Source of the DNA: an uncultured Elusimicrobia bacterium
Lineage (GTDB): Bacteria > Elusimicrobiota > Elusimicrobia > FEN-1173
Direction of reading: 5' to 3'
DNA length: 64,000 nucleotides
NCBI GenBank assembly: GCA_964484135.1
Contig: CAZAEL010000004.1
Span: forward strand, 19,164 to 83,163
Shown here: piece after piece, positions 41,215-51,452 of the stretch
How the letters are laid out: each line of letters begins with the position of its first letter
Position numbering within the stretch: the first letter of the stretch is position 1
Notes under the pieces: model-generated
Seen by the model: the letters and a program-made list of their open reading frames with translations, nothing else
Told to the model about the DNA's origin: nothing
The model's database searches: none
Made by a program: the position numbers and the translations under genes

Positions 41215-42684
41215 CTACCCCCTGGAGGACTCCTTGCCGGTCAACAACGAACGGACCCGGTCCAGCGTCCTGTCGTTGATCAACACCCAGAGGACATCCC
41301 CCTCCTCCAAAACCGTGTTCCCCCCCGGCACGATGAAAGCCTCCCCGCGGCACACCAGCGCCACCCGGCTTTCCTCCGGAAAATCCAGCTCCATGAGCGA
41401 CTTGCCGGCGATCTTGGCGCCGTAGGGCACGATGAAATCCTCCAGCCTCATGTCCACGCCTTCCAGGTCATCCATCTCCAGGGGAGACCGTCGGCGCGGC
41501 GCCAGGGGCACGTCCACGCCCAGCAGCCGCGCCACCCAGGGGATGGACGTCCCCTGGATCAGGGCCGACGTCAGGACGATGAAGAACACCAGGTCGAAGA
41601 TGACGTCCGCCTCCGGGACGCCCGCCAAACGGGGGAAGGTGGCCAGCACGATGGGGACGGCGCCGCGCAGCCCCACCCAGGCCACCATCAGCTTCTCGCG
41701 GACGCTCATCCCGGAGAACGACAGGGACAGGAACACGCTGGCCGGGCGGGCCGCGACGATCAGGAAGGCCGAGGCCAGGAGCCCCGGTCCCGCCACCGCG
41801 CCGAGCCGTTTGGGAAAGACCAAAAGCCCCAGGGCCAAAAACATGGCGATCTGCATGAGCCAGGCCAGCCCGTCGTGGAACCGCCCCAGGCTGCGCCGGT
41901 GCAGGAACCGGCTGTTTCCCAGCACCAGGCCGGCCACGTACACCGCCAAAAACCCGTTGCCCCCCACGGACGAAACCGCGCCGTAGATCAAGAGGACCAG
42001 GGCCATGGTGAGCGGCGGGTACAGGCCCTCGTGCTCCAGACGCATCCGGTTGACCAGGAGGACCGCGCCTTTCCCCAGCGCCCAGCCCGCGGCCAAACCC
42101 ACGGACATCTGGAGGACGAAAGAAAGGACCATCCCGCCCCAGCCGGCTTCCGGCCGCGTCATGAGCCCCAGGAAGGCGGTGGTCAGGAACACGGCCATGG
42201 GGTCGTTGCTGCCGGATTCCAGCTCCAACAGGGGCTTGAGCCGCCCCTTGAGGCTCACGTTTTTGGACCGGAGCACGGAGAAGACCGCGGCCGCGTCCGT
42301 GGAAGCCACGATGGAGCCCAAGAGGAACCCTTCCAGCCAGGAAAACCCCAGGGCGAACACGGCGAAGGCCCCCACCAGGAGCGCCGACACCAGGACTCCG
42401 CCGCTGGCCAGAGACAGCCCCTGCCAAAGGACGGGCCGCACGCTCCGCCAGTCCGTCTCCAGGCCGCCGGCGAACAGGATGTAGCACAACGCGACCACGC
42501 CCAGGAACTGGGCCTGCCAGGGGTCGTTGAAATAGATGCCTCCGGGACCGTCGGACCCCGCCAGCATCCCGATGGCCAAAAACAAGAGCAGCGCCGGCAC
42601 GCCGAGGCGGCCGGAGGCCTTGCTGGCGACGACGCTCAGGGCCACCAGCGCCGCCACCGCCAGCAGGATATGCTCGATGGGCAT
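41215..42684 (-). CDS. K+/H+ antiporter NhaP2 (CvrA) family
   Basis: GMLAGSDGPGGI, ASTDAAAVFS, LELESGSNDP and WVGLRGAVPIVLA motifs plus C-terminal TrkA_C; start 42684 or 42693. Confidence 0.92.
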   Translation of the reverse strand: MPIEHILLAVAALVALSVVASKASGRLGVPALLLFLAIGMLAGSDGPGGIYFNDPWQAQFLGVVALCYILFAGGLETDWRSVRPVLWQGLSLASGGVLVSALLVGAFAVFALGFSWLEGFLLGSIVASTDAAAVFSVLRSKNVSLKGRLKPLLELESGSNDPMAVFLTTAFLGLMTRPEAGWGGMVLSFVLQMSVGLAAGWALGKGAVLLVNRMRLEHEGLYPPLTMALVLLIYGAVSSVGGNGFLAVYVAGLVLGNSRFLHRRSLGRFHDGLAWLMQIAMFLALGLLVFPKRLGAVAGPGLLASAFLIVAARPASVFLSLSFSGMSVREKLMVAWVGLRGAVPIVLATFPRLAGVPEADVIFDLVFFIVLTSALIQGTSIPWVARLLGVDVPLAPRRRSPLEMDDLEGVDMRLEDFIVPYGAKIAGKSLMELDFPEESRVALVCRGEAFIVPGGNTVLEEGDVLWVLINDRTLDRVRSLLTGKESSRG

Positions 42685-42767
42685 CGTCGTCATGCCATAT
42701 TTCTACACTGTTTGCCGCGCGATTGCAAACGGCGCGAAAAAATCGGGCGCGGCCCGGCATTTTTTCC

Positions 42768-42796
42768 TTGACATAAAAACGGAGCCGGTATATAAT
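42768..42796 (+). promoter_or_regulatory. sigma70 promoter of amtB1-glnK1
   Basis: TTGACA, 17 nt, TATAAT: perfect consensus. Confidence 0.88.
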
Positions 42797-42802
42797 AGAC
42801 GC

Positions 42803-42969
42803 GAGTACAGAGTAGTACTCCTTATCATATCAGGACGCCGACGTCCTCCTTGAGGCTCATGCCCGGGGAGGATTTTTTATTTTGTCGGCGGCCGCTGGGC
42901 CGTTCCCGAGACGAGGGCGTCTCGACTCTTAGTTTGGGGGCTAAGAAGCGAGGCGCCTCTTTTGTTTTT
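42803..42969 (+). ncRNA. ANTAR-type leader with two tandem terminators
   Basis: P1 GAGTAC-AGAGTA-GTACTC; P2 GGAC-GCCGAC-GTCC overlapping terminator 42843-42883; third hexaloop CGAGAC-GAGGGC-GTCTCG overlapping terminator 42913-42969. Confidence 0.8.
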
Positions 42970-43036
42970 CGGAGAGGACGCTCCCGCCGCCCACACGGGG
43001 GGTCAAACGGGCTCAAATTCACTAAGGAGGAAATCC

Positions 43037-44572
43037 ATGTCACGCTTCAAGAAAAGATGGCTGGGCGGGATACTGCTCTCGCTCATCGCCGTGGGGGTTC
43101 TGACCCCCGCGTTGTTCGCAGAAGAAACGGTCGCGGCCGCTGCGGAAGCCGCGGGACCGAGCCTCGCCGACCAGGTGGCTTCCCTCACCCAGCAGGTGGC
43201 GGACCGGAAAGTGGCGGCCGACACCCTCTGGGTGCTGGTCACCGCGTTCCTGGTGTTCTGGATGAACGCGGGCTTCGCCCTGGTGGAATCGGGCATGTGC
43301 CGCGCCAAGAATGCGGTCAACATCCTGTCCAAGAACTTCATCGTGTTCGCCTGCTCCTCCATCGCGTTCTACGTGCTGGGCTGGGGCCTGATGTTCGGGG
43401 ACGGGAACGGCTTCGTCGGCACCCAGGGCCTTTGGTTCTTGGGCGGGGCGGACAACAGCCCGGCCACCGGCGACGCGTACCGGGGCGTGTATTCGTCCAT
43501 CGCCTGGACGGGCGTGCCCCTCGGCGCCAAGTTCTTCTTCCAATTGGTGTTCGCGGGGACCGCCGCGACCATCGTGTCCGGCTGCGTGGCGGAACGCATC
43601 AAGTACATCAGCTTCATCCTGTTCTCCTTCCTGCTGGTGGGCATCACCTATCCCGTCATCGGCCACTGGATCTGGGGCGGCGGCTGGCTGGCCCAAAAGG
43701 GCTTCTGGGACTTCGCCGGCTCCACCGTGGTCCACACCGTGGGCGGCGTGGCGGGCCTGGCGGGCATCCTGCTCCTGGGTCCCCGCATCGGCAAGTACCG
43801 TCCGGACGGCACCCCCAACGCCATCCCGGGCCACAACATGACCTCGGCGACGCTGGGCTGCCTCATCCTGTGGCTGGGCTGGTTCGGGTTCAACCCCGGC
43901 TCCACCATGGCGGCCGACCCCGGCGCCATCTCCCACATCCTGAACACCACCAACCTGGCGGCCGCGGCCGGCCTGTTGACGGCCACCCTCACCGCCTGGA
44001 TCGTGATGGGCAAGCCGGACCTGGGCATGACCATCAACGGCTGCCTGGCGGGCCTGGTGGCCATCACGGCCCCCTGCGCCTTCGTGAGCCTGCCGGCCTC
44101 CATCGTCATTGGCGGCATCGGCGGCGTCCTGGTGGTCTTCGCGGTGCTCTTCTGGGACAAGCTCAAGATCGACGACCCCGTGGGCGCCCTGGCCGTGCAC
44201 CTGGTGAACGGCATCTGGGGCACCCTGTCCGTGGGCCTCTTCGCCAAGGACAAGATCACGGGCGTGGCCACCGGCAACGGCCTCTTCAACGGCGGCGGCT
44301 TCGGCCTGCTGACCACCCAGGTCATCGGGTCCTTGAGCGCCATCGCCTTCACCCTGGTGACCGCCGTCATCTTCTGGTCCGTCATCAAAGCCGTCCTCGG
44401 CATGCGGGTGTCCCGCGACGAGGAAATCCGCGGCCTGGACATTGACGAGCACGGCATGGAGGCCTACGCCGGCTTCCAGATCTACCTGACGGAATACGGC
44501 CTCAGCCCCGTCTCGGGCGGCAACGGCGGCTCGGCGCCCAAGCTCGAAAAAGAGCTGGCCGGGAGGAAATAA
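43037..44572 (+). CDS. amtB: Ammonium transporter
   Basis: AAGGAGG RBS, signal peptide, [24 protein letters not shown] and AVHLVNG (both pore His present). Confidence 0.96.
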   Translation: MSRFKKRWLGGILLSLIAVGVLTPALFAEETVAAAAEAAGPSLADQVASLTQQVADRKVAADTLWVLVTAFLVFWMNAGFALVESGMCRAKNAVNILSKNFIVFACSSIAFYVLGWGLMFGDGNGFVGTQGLWFLGGADNSPATGDAYRGVYSSIAWTGVPLGAKFFFQLVFAGTAATIVSGCVAERIKYISFILFSFLLVGITYPVIGHWIWGGGWLAQKGFWDFAGSTVVHTVGGVAGLAGILLLGPRIGKYRPDGTPNAIPGHNMTSATLGCLILWLGWFGFNPGSTMAADPGAISHILNTTNLAAAAGLLTATLTAWIVMGKPDLGMTINGCLAGLVAITAPCAFVSLPASIVIGGIGGVLVVFAVLFWDKLKIDDPVGALAVHLVNGIWGTLSVGLFAKDKITGVATGNGLFNGGGFGLLTTQVIGSLSAIAFTLVTAVIFWSVIKAVLGMRVSRDEEIRGLDIDEHGMEAYAGFQIYLTEYGLSPVSGGNGGSAPKLEKELAGRK

Positions 44573-44574
44573 CC

Positions 44575-44916
44575 ATGAAAATGATCATCGCCATCATCCA
44601 GCCCCACAAGATCGCGGACGTCAAGAAGGCCCTGGACGACGCCCAGATCCACCTCATGACGGTCTCCAACGTCCTCGGGGCGGGGCGGCAGAAGGGGTAC
44701 GAAGAGAGCTACCGCGGCGCGAAGTACGAGATCAACCTCCTCAAGAAGGTCCGTCTCGACATCGCGGTGAACGACGACTACGTGGACGCCGCCATCTCGG
44801 CCATCTCCAGATCGGCCAAGACCGGCAACATCGGGGACGGCAAGATCTTCGTCATGCCCCTCGAGGAAGTCGTCCGCATCCGCACCAACGAGCGCGGCAA
44901 GGTGGCCATCGGCTGA
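44575..44916 (+). CDS. glnK: P-II nitrogen regulator (Tyr51 present)
   Basis: GAGRQKG...YRGAKY T-loop, [19 protein letters not shown]; follows amtB. Confidence 0.95.
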   Translation: MKMIIAIIQPHKIADVKKALDDAQIHLMTVSNVLGAGRQKGYEESYRGAKYEINLLKKVRLDIAVNDDYVDAAISAISRSAKTGNIGDGKIFVMPLEEVVRIRTNERGKVAIG

Positions 44917-44943
44917 ACAGGCCCTGACCTCCGCCGTTCATTC

Positions 44944-44983
44944 AAGGGCGCGGGAGAGGAATAACCTCTCCCGCGCCCTTTCG
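44944..44983 (+). terminator. Intrinsic terminator after glnK1
   Basis: 16-bp perfect stem AAGGGCGCGGGAGAGG / CCTCTCCCGCGCCCTT with AATAA loop; short T tail. Confidence 0.7.
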
Positions 44984-44984
44984 C

Positions 44985-45014
44985 TTGACAAGCTTTCGGG
45001 ACCTATGTTATAGT
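44985..45014 (+). promoter_or_regulatory. sigma70 promoter of amtB2-glnK2
   Basis: TTGACA, 18 nt, TG-T-TATAGT. Confidence 0.8.
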
Positions 45015-45022
45015 CCCAGCCC

Positions 45023-45141
45023 GGACACAGTGTCGTGTCCGCCAAAGCAACCCTCAACCAAGAAGTCTCTTCTCAAGAAGCCTGTCCGGCCTCTCTCCGG
45101 GGTGTGAGGGGCCGGCCGTTGCTCGAGACAGAGCCGTCTCG
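45023..45141 (+). ncRNA. ANTAR-type dual-hexaloop leader with large structured spacer
   Basis: P1 GGACAC-AGTGTC-GTGTCC (45023-40); spacer closed by GCAAC/GTTGC (45047-45122); P2 CGAGAC-AGAGCC-GTCTCG (45124-41). Confidence 0.7.
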
Positions 45142-45262
45142 CCTAAAACAAAGCCCGCGGGGGTCCTTCCCCGGCGGGCGCGTTCCCCATCACAGAACCG
45201 TCATAACGATGTCCGGGCCCGGCCCGGGCGTCCTTACTTCCTATAAGGGGGTCTTGGGTATT

Positions 45263-46630
<1,368 letters not shown>

Positions 46631-46643
46631 AAAAGAGGACGCC

Positions 46644-46985
46644 ATGAAATACATCGTCGCCATCATTCAACCCGACAAGCTCGACGAGGTCCTGGAGGAG
46701 CTGGAGAAAAAGGAGATCCACCTGGTCACCGTGTCCAGCGTCATGGGGCGCGGCCGGCAGAAGGGCATCTCCCAGGTGTACCGCAGCCACAAGGAGGCGG
46801 GCAGCCTGCTGAAGAAGACCAAGCTGGAGATCGCGGTCAACGACGAGTTCGTGAAGCCCGCCATGGAAGCCATCTACAAGGGCGGCCACACCGGCAACGT
46901 GGGGGACGGCAAGATCTTCGTTCTGGACCTGAAGGAATGCCAGCGGATCAGCAACGGCGAGACCGGCGGCCCCGCCATCGGCTGA
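46644..46985 (+). CDS. glnK: P-II family protein (Tyr51 absent)
   Basis: GRGRQKG, YRSHKE T-loop, TGNVGDGKIFV; follows amtB2. Confidence 0.92.
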   Translation: MKYIVAIIQPDKLDEVLEELEKKEIHLVTVSSVMGRGRQKGISQVYRSHKEAGSLLKKTKLEIAVNDEFVKPAMEAIYKGGHTGNVGDGKIFVLDLKECQRISNGETGGPAIG

Positions 46986-47052
46986 AAACATGCCTTCGGC
47001 CCTCTTCCCGACGGAAAACCGGACCACGGCCGTGCCCCCGGCGATTTTTTTC

Positions 47053-47081
47053 TTGACAAAAAAACCGGGGCGTGCTAAAGT
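47053..47081 (+). promoter_or_regulatory. sigma70 promoter of glnA
   Basis: TTGACA, 17 nt, TAAAGT with TG extension. Confidence 0.82.
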
Positions 47082-47089
47082 ATTGTCAA

Positions 47090-47185
47090 GCACAAGGTCG
47101 TGCGCATTCCATAATCCGGTTGTCCACGGAAGCGGGACGATGACGTCCTCCTCAAAGCTGTCTTTGGGGAGGACTTTTTGTTTTT
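47090..47185 (+). ncRNA. ANTAR-type dual-hexaloop leader with terminator
   Basis: P1 GCAC-AAGGTC-GTGC (47090-103); P2 GGAC-GATGAC-GTCC (47135-48) overlapping terminator GTCCTCCTCAAAG-CTGT-CTTTGGGGAGGAC-TTTTTGTTTTT. Confidence 0.82.
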
Positions 47186-47268
47186 CAGGGGGGAACGGCC
47201 GCGCGAGCGGCCTCTAAATCGGGGAGAGGCGAAAAAACTCTCTTTATCCAAACGCAAGGAGCCTCGTC

Positions 47269-48762
47269 ATGGAAGCCATAAAGGAAAGATCGGTCGTCAA
47301 GAGCGTCGCCAGCGCCAACGGCGGGCGCGCCGCCAAGCCCAAGAACGCCAAGGAAGCCATCGAGCTGGCCCGCAAGTCCGGGGTCAAGATCGTGGACTAC
47401 AAGTTCATGGACCTGGTGGGGACGCTGCAGCACATCTCCTACTCCGTGGAAAAACTGAAGGAAAGCGTTTTCGAGGAGGGCATCGGCTTCGACGGCTCCA
47501 GCATCCGGGGCTTCCAGGCCATCAACGAGTCCGACATGCTGCTCATGCCGGACCCGACCACCGCCTTCATCGACCCGGTCCTCAAGGTCCCGACCATCTC
47601 CTTCCTCTGCAACGTGAAGGACCCGGTGACCGGCAAGGGTTACAAAAAGGACCCGCGGAGCATCGCCCAGGCCGCCGAGGAATACCTGATCAAGACCGGC
47701 ATCGCCACCGAGAGCTGGTGGGGCCCGGAGGCGGAGTTCTTCGTGTTCGACAACGTCCGCTTCGACGTGGGCCAGCGGTCCTCCTTCTACGAGGTGGACT
47801 CCGAGGAAGGCATCTGGAACGCCGGCAAGAACGGCGGGGAAGAGGCCAACCTGGGGTACAAGATCCGCAACAAGGAGGGGTATTTCCCCACCCCGCCCAT
47901 GGACACCCTGCAGGACTTCCGCTCCGAGGCCATCCTCCGGATGATGGAGGCGGGTCTGGACATCGACCTGCACCACCACGAGGTGGCCACCGCGGGCCAG
48001 GGCGAGATCGGCGTGGGCGTCCGCACCCTCACCTCCGCCGCCGACCAGATGGCCCTCTACAAGTACATCCTGAAAAACGTGGGGCGCGAACACGGCAAGA
48101 CGGTGACCTTCATGCCCAAGCCCCTGTACGGCGACAACGGCACCGGCATGCACACCCACCAGTCCCTGTGGAAGAGCGGCAAGCCCCTGTTCCACGACCC
48201 CAAGGGGTACGGCTGCGTGTCCCAATTGGCGCTGTGGTACATCGGCGGCCTCTTGAAGCACGCCCCGGCCCTCTGCGCCATCTGCAACTCCACCACGAAC
48301 TCCTACCGGCGCCTGGTGCCGGGCTACGAAGCCCCCACCAACCTGGCCTATTCGGCCCGGAACCGGTCGGCCGCGGTGCGCATCCCCATGTATTCCAACG
48401 AGCCCAAGCAGAAACGCATCGAGTACCGCCCGCCGGACGCGGCCTCCAACCCGTACCTGGCCTTCGCCGCGCTGCTCATGGCCGGCTTGGACGGCATCCA
48501 GAACAAGATCGACCCGGGCAAGCCCTTCGAGGCGGACATCTTCGAGCTCCACGGCGAGGAGGCCAAGGCCATCCCGCAGGTGCCGGGCTCCCTGGAAGAG
48601 GCCCTGGACGCGCTGGAGAAGGACAACGCCTTCCTGACAAAGGGCGGCGTCTTCTCCAAGGAGTTCATCGAGACCTGGATCGACTACAAGCGGAAGAAGG
48701 AGCACGACTTCGTGCGGCTCCGGCCCCATCCGGCGGAGTTCTTCCTGTACTTCGACTGCTGA
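47269..48762 (+). CDS. glnA: Glutamine synthetase type I
   Basis: [47 protein letters not shown] and RNRSA.VRIP motifs. Confidence 0.97.
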   Translation: MEAIKERSVVKSVASANGGRAAKPKNAKEAIELARKSGVKIVDYKFMDLVGTLQHISYSVEKLKESVFEEGIGFDGSSIRGFQAINESDMLLMPDPTTAFIDPVLKVPTISFLCNVKDPVTGKGYKKDPRSIAQAAEEYLIKTGIATESWWGPEAEFFVFDNVRFDVGQRSSFYEVDSEEGIWNAGKNGGEEANLGYKIRNKEGYFPTPPMDTLQDFRSEAILRMMEAGLDIDLHHHEVATAGQGEIGVGVRTLTSAADQMALYKYILKNVGREHGKTVTFMPKPLYGDNGTGMHTHQSLWKSGKPLFHDPKGYGCVSQLALWYIGGLLKHAPALCAICNSTTNSYRRLVPGYEAPTNLAYSARNRSAAVRIPMYSNEPKQKRIEYRPPDAASNPYLAFAALLMAGLDGIQNKIDPGKPFEADIFELHGEEAKAIPQVPGSLEEALDALEKDNAFLTKGGVFSKEFIETWIDYKRKKEHDFVRLRPHPAEFFLYFDC

Positions 48763-48808
48763 TCCGCTCAGAGCCGTAACCCCGCGGAGATCCCCGCGGG
48801 CGCAGGGT

Positions 48809-48890
48809 CCGCACAAGGTTGTGCGGAAAAGATCCGAACGAAGGCGTTCGTCGCTTCTCATGAAGGGGACGAACGCCTTCGTTGTTTTTT
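48809..48890 (+). ncRNA. ANTAR-type dual-hexaloop leader with terminator (between glnA and porin)
   Basis: P1 CCGCAC-AAGGTT-GTGCGG; 8-nt linker; P2 CGAAC-GAAGGC-GTTCG embedded in the 5' arm of a 20-bp terminator (48838-48882) plus TGTTTTTT. Confidence 0.85.
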
Positions 48891-48910
48891 AGCAAAAACA
48901 GGGGTCTTTC

Positions 48911-50056
48911 ATGGCCCACAAAATGAAAGGGGAGGTTCACATCATGAGGTTAAACAAAATCAACGCGAAGCTGTTGAGGGCTCTGGGAGCGCTCCTGTTG
49001 CCCGCGGCCCTGGCCAGCCAGGGGTTCGCCGAGGGGCCGTCCATCGGCGGCTTCGTGGACTTCGGGTACAACTACAACTTCAACGGCATGGCCGCCAACA
49101 CGCTCCGGTCGTTCGACAGCAAATCCAACAGCTTCACGCTGCAGAACGCCGAGGTCGTGGTGTCGGGCAAATCCGACAAGGACGTGGCCTATCGGGTGGA
49201 CCTGGATTACGGGTTCGACGCCACCAACACGAACTACCTGAACAACAACGCCGGCGACGAGTTCGACATCCAGCAGGCCTTCATCACCGTCCCTTGCCCC
49301 TTGACGGGCGGGGCCTTTACGGCCGGAAAATTCGTCACGCTGCACGGGGCCGAAGTGATCGAGGCCAAGGACAACTTCAACACGTCCCGCGGGTTCCTGT
49401 TCAACTACGCCATCCCGCTCCACCACACGGGCGTGAAGTACGACAAGGCCTTCGGGGACTTGGCCCTGACGGGCGCCGTGGTCAACGGCTGGGACAACCT
49501 GTATGAAAACAACAAGGGCAAAACGTTCCACGGCATGGCCGCCTACACCTTCTCCCCGAAGCTGTTCGCCAGCCTGGGAGGCACCTACGGCCCGGAACAG
49601 GCTTCCCCCACGGCGGCCGGCGTCAGCACGGAAAAAAACAGCCGCGGCCTGGTGGACGCCCTGGTGAAGGCCATGCCCACGGACAAACTCACCCTGATCG
49701 CCAACTGGGACTGGGGCGTGGAGGAGGGCCTCACCCCGGCCGGGACCGACACCACCCAAAACTGGGCGGGCCTGGCGTTGCACGCCAATTACATGCTCAC
49801 CGACGTCTACTCCGCGGCTCTGCGCTGGGAGACCTTTGACGACGAAGGGTCCCGCACCGCGGCCTTGACGCCGGCGGCCGTGAACGGTCAAGTGCTCCAC
49901 TCTCTGACCGCCACCCTCCAGCACAAGATGAACGACGTGATCACGCGTCTGGAGTTCCGGCAGGACACGTCCTCCAAAAAAGTCTTTGTGGACGACAAGG
50001 GCATGCCGGACGACAGCCAGAGCACCGTCGGGTTGCAGTGGATCTACGCCTTCTGA
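48911..50056 (+). CDS. Outer-membrane beta-barrel porin (putative bbp2/OmpL-like)
   Basis: Signal peptide; GGFVDFGYNYNFN, GKFVTLHGAEVI...N.N.SR.FLF..AIP..HTG motifs; C-terminal YAF; start 48911 or 48944. Confidence 0.8.
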   Translation: MAHKMKGEVHIMRLNKINAKLLRALGALLLPAALASQGFAEGPSIGGFVDFGYNYNFNGMAANTLRSFDSKSNSFTLQNAEVVVSGKSDKDVAYRVDLDYGFDATNTNYLNNNAGDEFDIQQAFITVPCPLTGGAFTAGKFVTLHGAEVIEAKDNFNTSRGFLFNYAIPLHHTGVKYDKAFGDLALTGAVVNGWDNLYENNKGKTFHGMAAYTFSPKLFASLGGTYGPEQASPTAAGVSTEKNSRGLVDALVKAMPTDKLTLIANWDWGVEEGLTPAGTDTTQNWAGLALHANYMLTDVYSAALRWETFDDEGSRTAALTPAAVNGQVLHSLTATLQHKMNDVITRLEFRQDTSSKKVFVDDKGMPDDSQSTVGLQWIYAF

Positions 50057-50061
50057 ACCCC

Positions 50062-50214
50062 TTGGAACCGGAAGAAGAGGTCTCCTAGACGACTTCTTCT
50101 TTTCCCGCCGTCATACCGTGAGCTGGGCTCCTCCCCCCTTTTGGAGCCCAGCTCACGGCCGGTTCCAAAAATTTCCCGGGTCTGACCCCCCATCATCACC
50201 CCCAGACCCGGGAA
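50062..50214 (+). other. Multi-stem structured intergenic element
   Basis: 10-bp TTGGAACCGG/CCGGTTCCAA stem enclosing a 7-bp and a 16-bp perfect hairpin, followed by a 14-bp perfect hairpin. Confidence 0.6.
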
Positions 50215-50234
50215 ATCTTTTATAGGACGATCCC

Positions 50235-51434
50235 ATGAACGCACGCCAGATCATCCAGGACGGGAAATTGGACGTCTTCTTCCGGCCCGTGTTCTCGGTC
50301 AAGCAAAAAAGCCTGGCCGGGCACGAGGCCTTCTGCCGCGCCCCGGGCGGACGCGAGGGCGGCGACGACCTGGGCCGAATGGCCGCCAGGGAGGGGCTGG
50401 CCCTGGAGATGGACCGCCTCCGCCGCAAGGCGTCCCTGGAAGGGTTCAAGAACGCCTGTGCCGGAACAGACCTGATCCTCTTCCTCAATTTCTCCTCGGA
50501 GATCGTGGACCAGGGCGTGGTGGGATCCAACCGCCTTTTCGACCTGGTCAGGTCCCTGGGCCTGGCGCCGCACAACATCGTGATCGGGATCAACGAGTCC
50601 GGGGCCGAGGACACCGCCTCCCTCAAAAAGTTCATCGAGACGCACAAAGGCCACGGCTTCCTCATCGCCCTGGACCGGATCGGCGCGGGCCACTCCAACC
50701 TGAACCGGATCTCCCTGGCCCGGCCCGATATTTTGAAAATGGACCCTTCCCTGGTCCGCGGCATCCACCGGGACCACTACCACAGGGAAATCCTCCGGTC
50801 CTTCACGCAACTCTCCAAAAAATTGGGGGCCCTGGTCGCGGCCGACGGGGTGACGGAAGAAGAGGAATTGCTCGCCCTCCTGGAACTGGGGGTGGACATG
50901 GCCCAGGGGCCCTATTTCGGGGAAACGCGGGAGATCGGCGAGGCCGACGAGCGTCGATGGGAAGAGAAACTGGGAGGGGTGGCCGCCAAATCCAAGAACT
51001 TCCTGGTGGAGAAGACCCGGCGGGAGAAAGCCCTTCACAACGAGCAGGACGCCCTGATGGGAGAAATCCTGCGGGAGCTGTCAAAGGCGGTTCCGGAGGA
51101 GTTCGACGCCGCTTTAAACGAGTGGGTGCGGCGGCACCCGTCCGTGGAATGCGTGTACGTGCTGGACGAGGAAGGCGCGCAGATCAGCGAAACCGTCGCC
51201 CCGCCCGGCAGGCCCTTCAAACAGAACGGCCTGTTCCGTCCGGCCCGCAAAGGGGCGGACCATTCCTTCAAGGACTACTATTACCTGCTGACCGACACCT
51301 TCGTGAACCGGTTCCGGACGGAGCCCTACATCTCCCTGGCTTCCGGGAACCTCTGCGTCACCCTCTCCGGCCTTTTCCGGGACGCGAGAAGCCGGCAACA
51401 CGTTCTCTGCCTGGACGTTCCGACATCCCCCTAA
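50235..51434 (+). CDS. Degenerate EAL-domain protein with C-terminal PAS/Cache-like domain (YkuI-like)
   Basis: EAF, FLNFS, IALDRIG, LKMD and AQG.YFG motifs; C-terminal VYVLDEEG.QIS...EPYIS..SG..CVT.S. Confidence 0.82.
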   Translation: MNARQIIQDGKLDVFFRPVFSVKQKSLAGHEAFCRAPGGREGGDDLGRMAAREGLALEMDRLRRKASLEGFKNACAGTDLILFLNFSSEIVDQGVVGSNRLFDLVRSLGLAPHNIVIGINESGAEDTASLKKFIETHKGHGFLIALDRIGAGHSNLNRISLARPDILKMDPSLVRGIHRDHYHREILRSFTQLSKKLGALVAADGVTEEEELLALLELGVDMAQGPYFGETREIGEADERRWEEKLGGVAAKSKNFLVEKTRREKALHNEQDALMGEILRELSKAVPEEFDAALNEWVRRHPSVECVYVLDEEGAQISETVAPPGRPFKQNGLFRPARKGADHSFKDYYYLLTDTFVNRFRTEPYISLASGNLCVTLSGLFRDARSRQHVLCLDVPTSP

Positions 51435-51452
51435 AAGGGCTTTTGAAACCGG

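Noticed and set aside
42962-45262. Long in-frame N-terminal extensions of amtB1 (from 42962) and amtB2 (from 45035)
   Set aside because: They start inside leader RNA structures without an SD; the downstream ATGs give normal signal peptides.
50057-50234. c-di-GMP riboswitch before the EAL gene
   Set aside because: No GCAAA..GAAA tetraloop/receptor class I pattern or class II kink-turn pattern seen.
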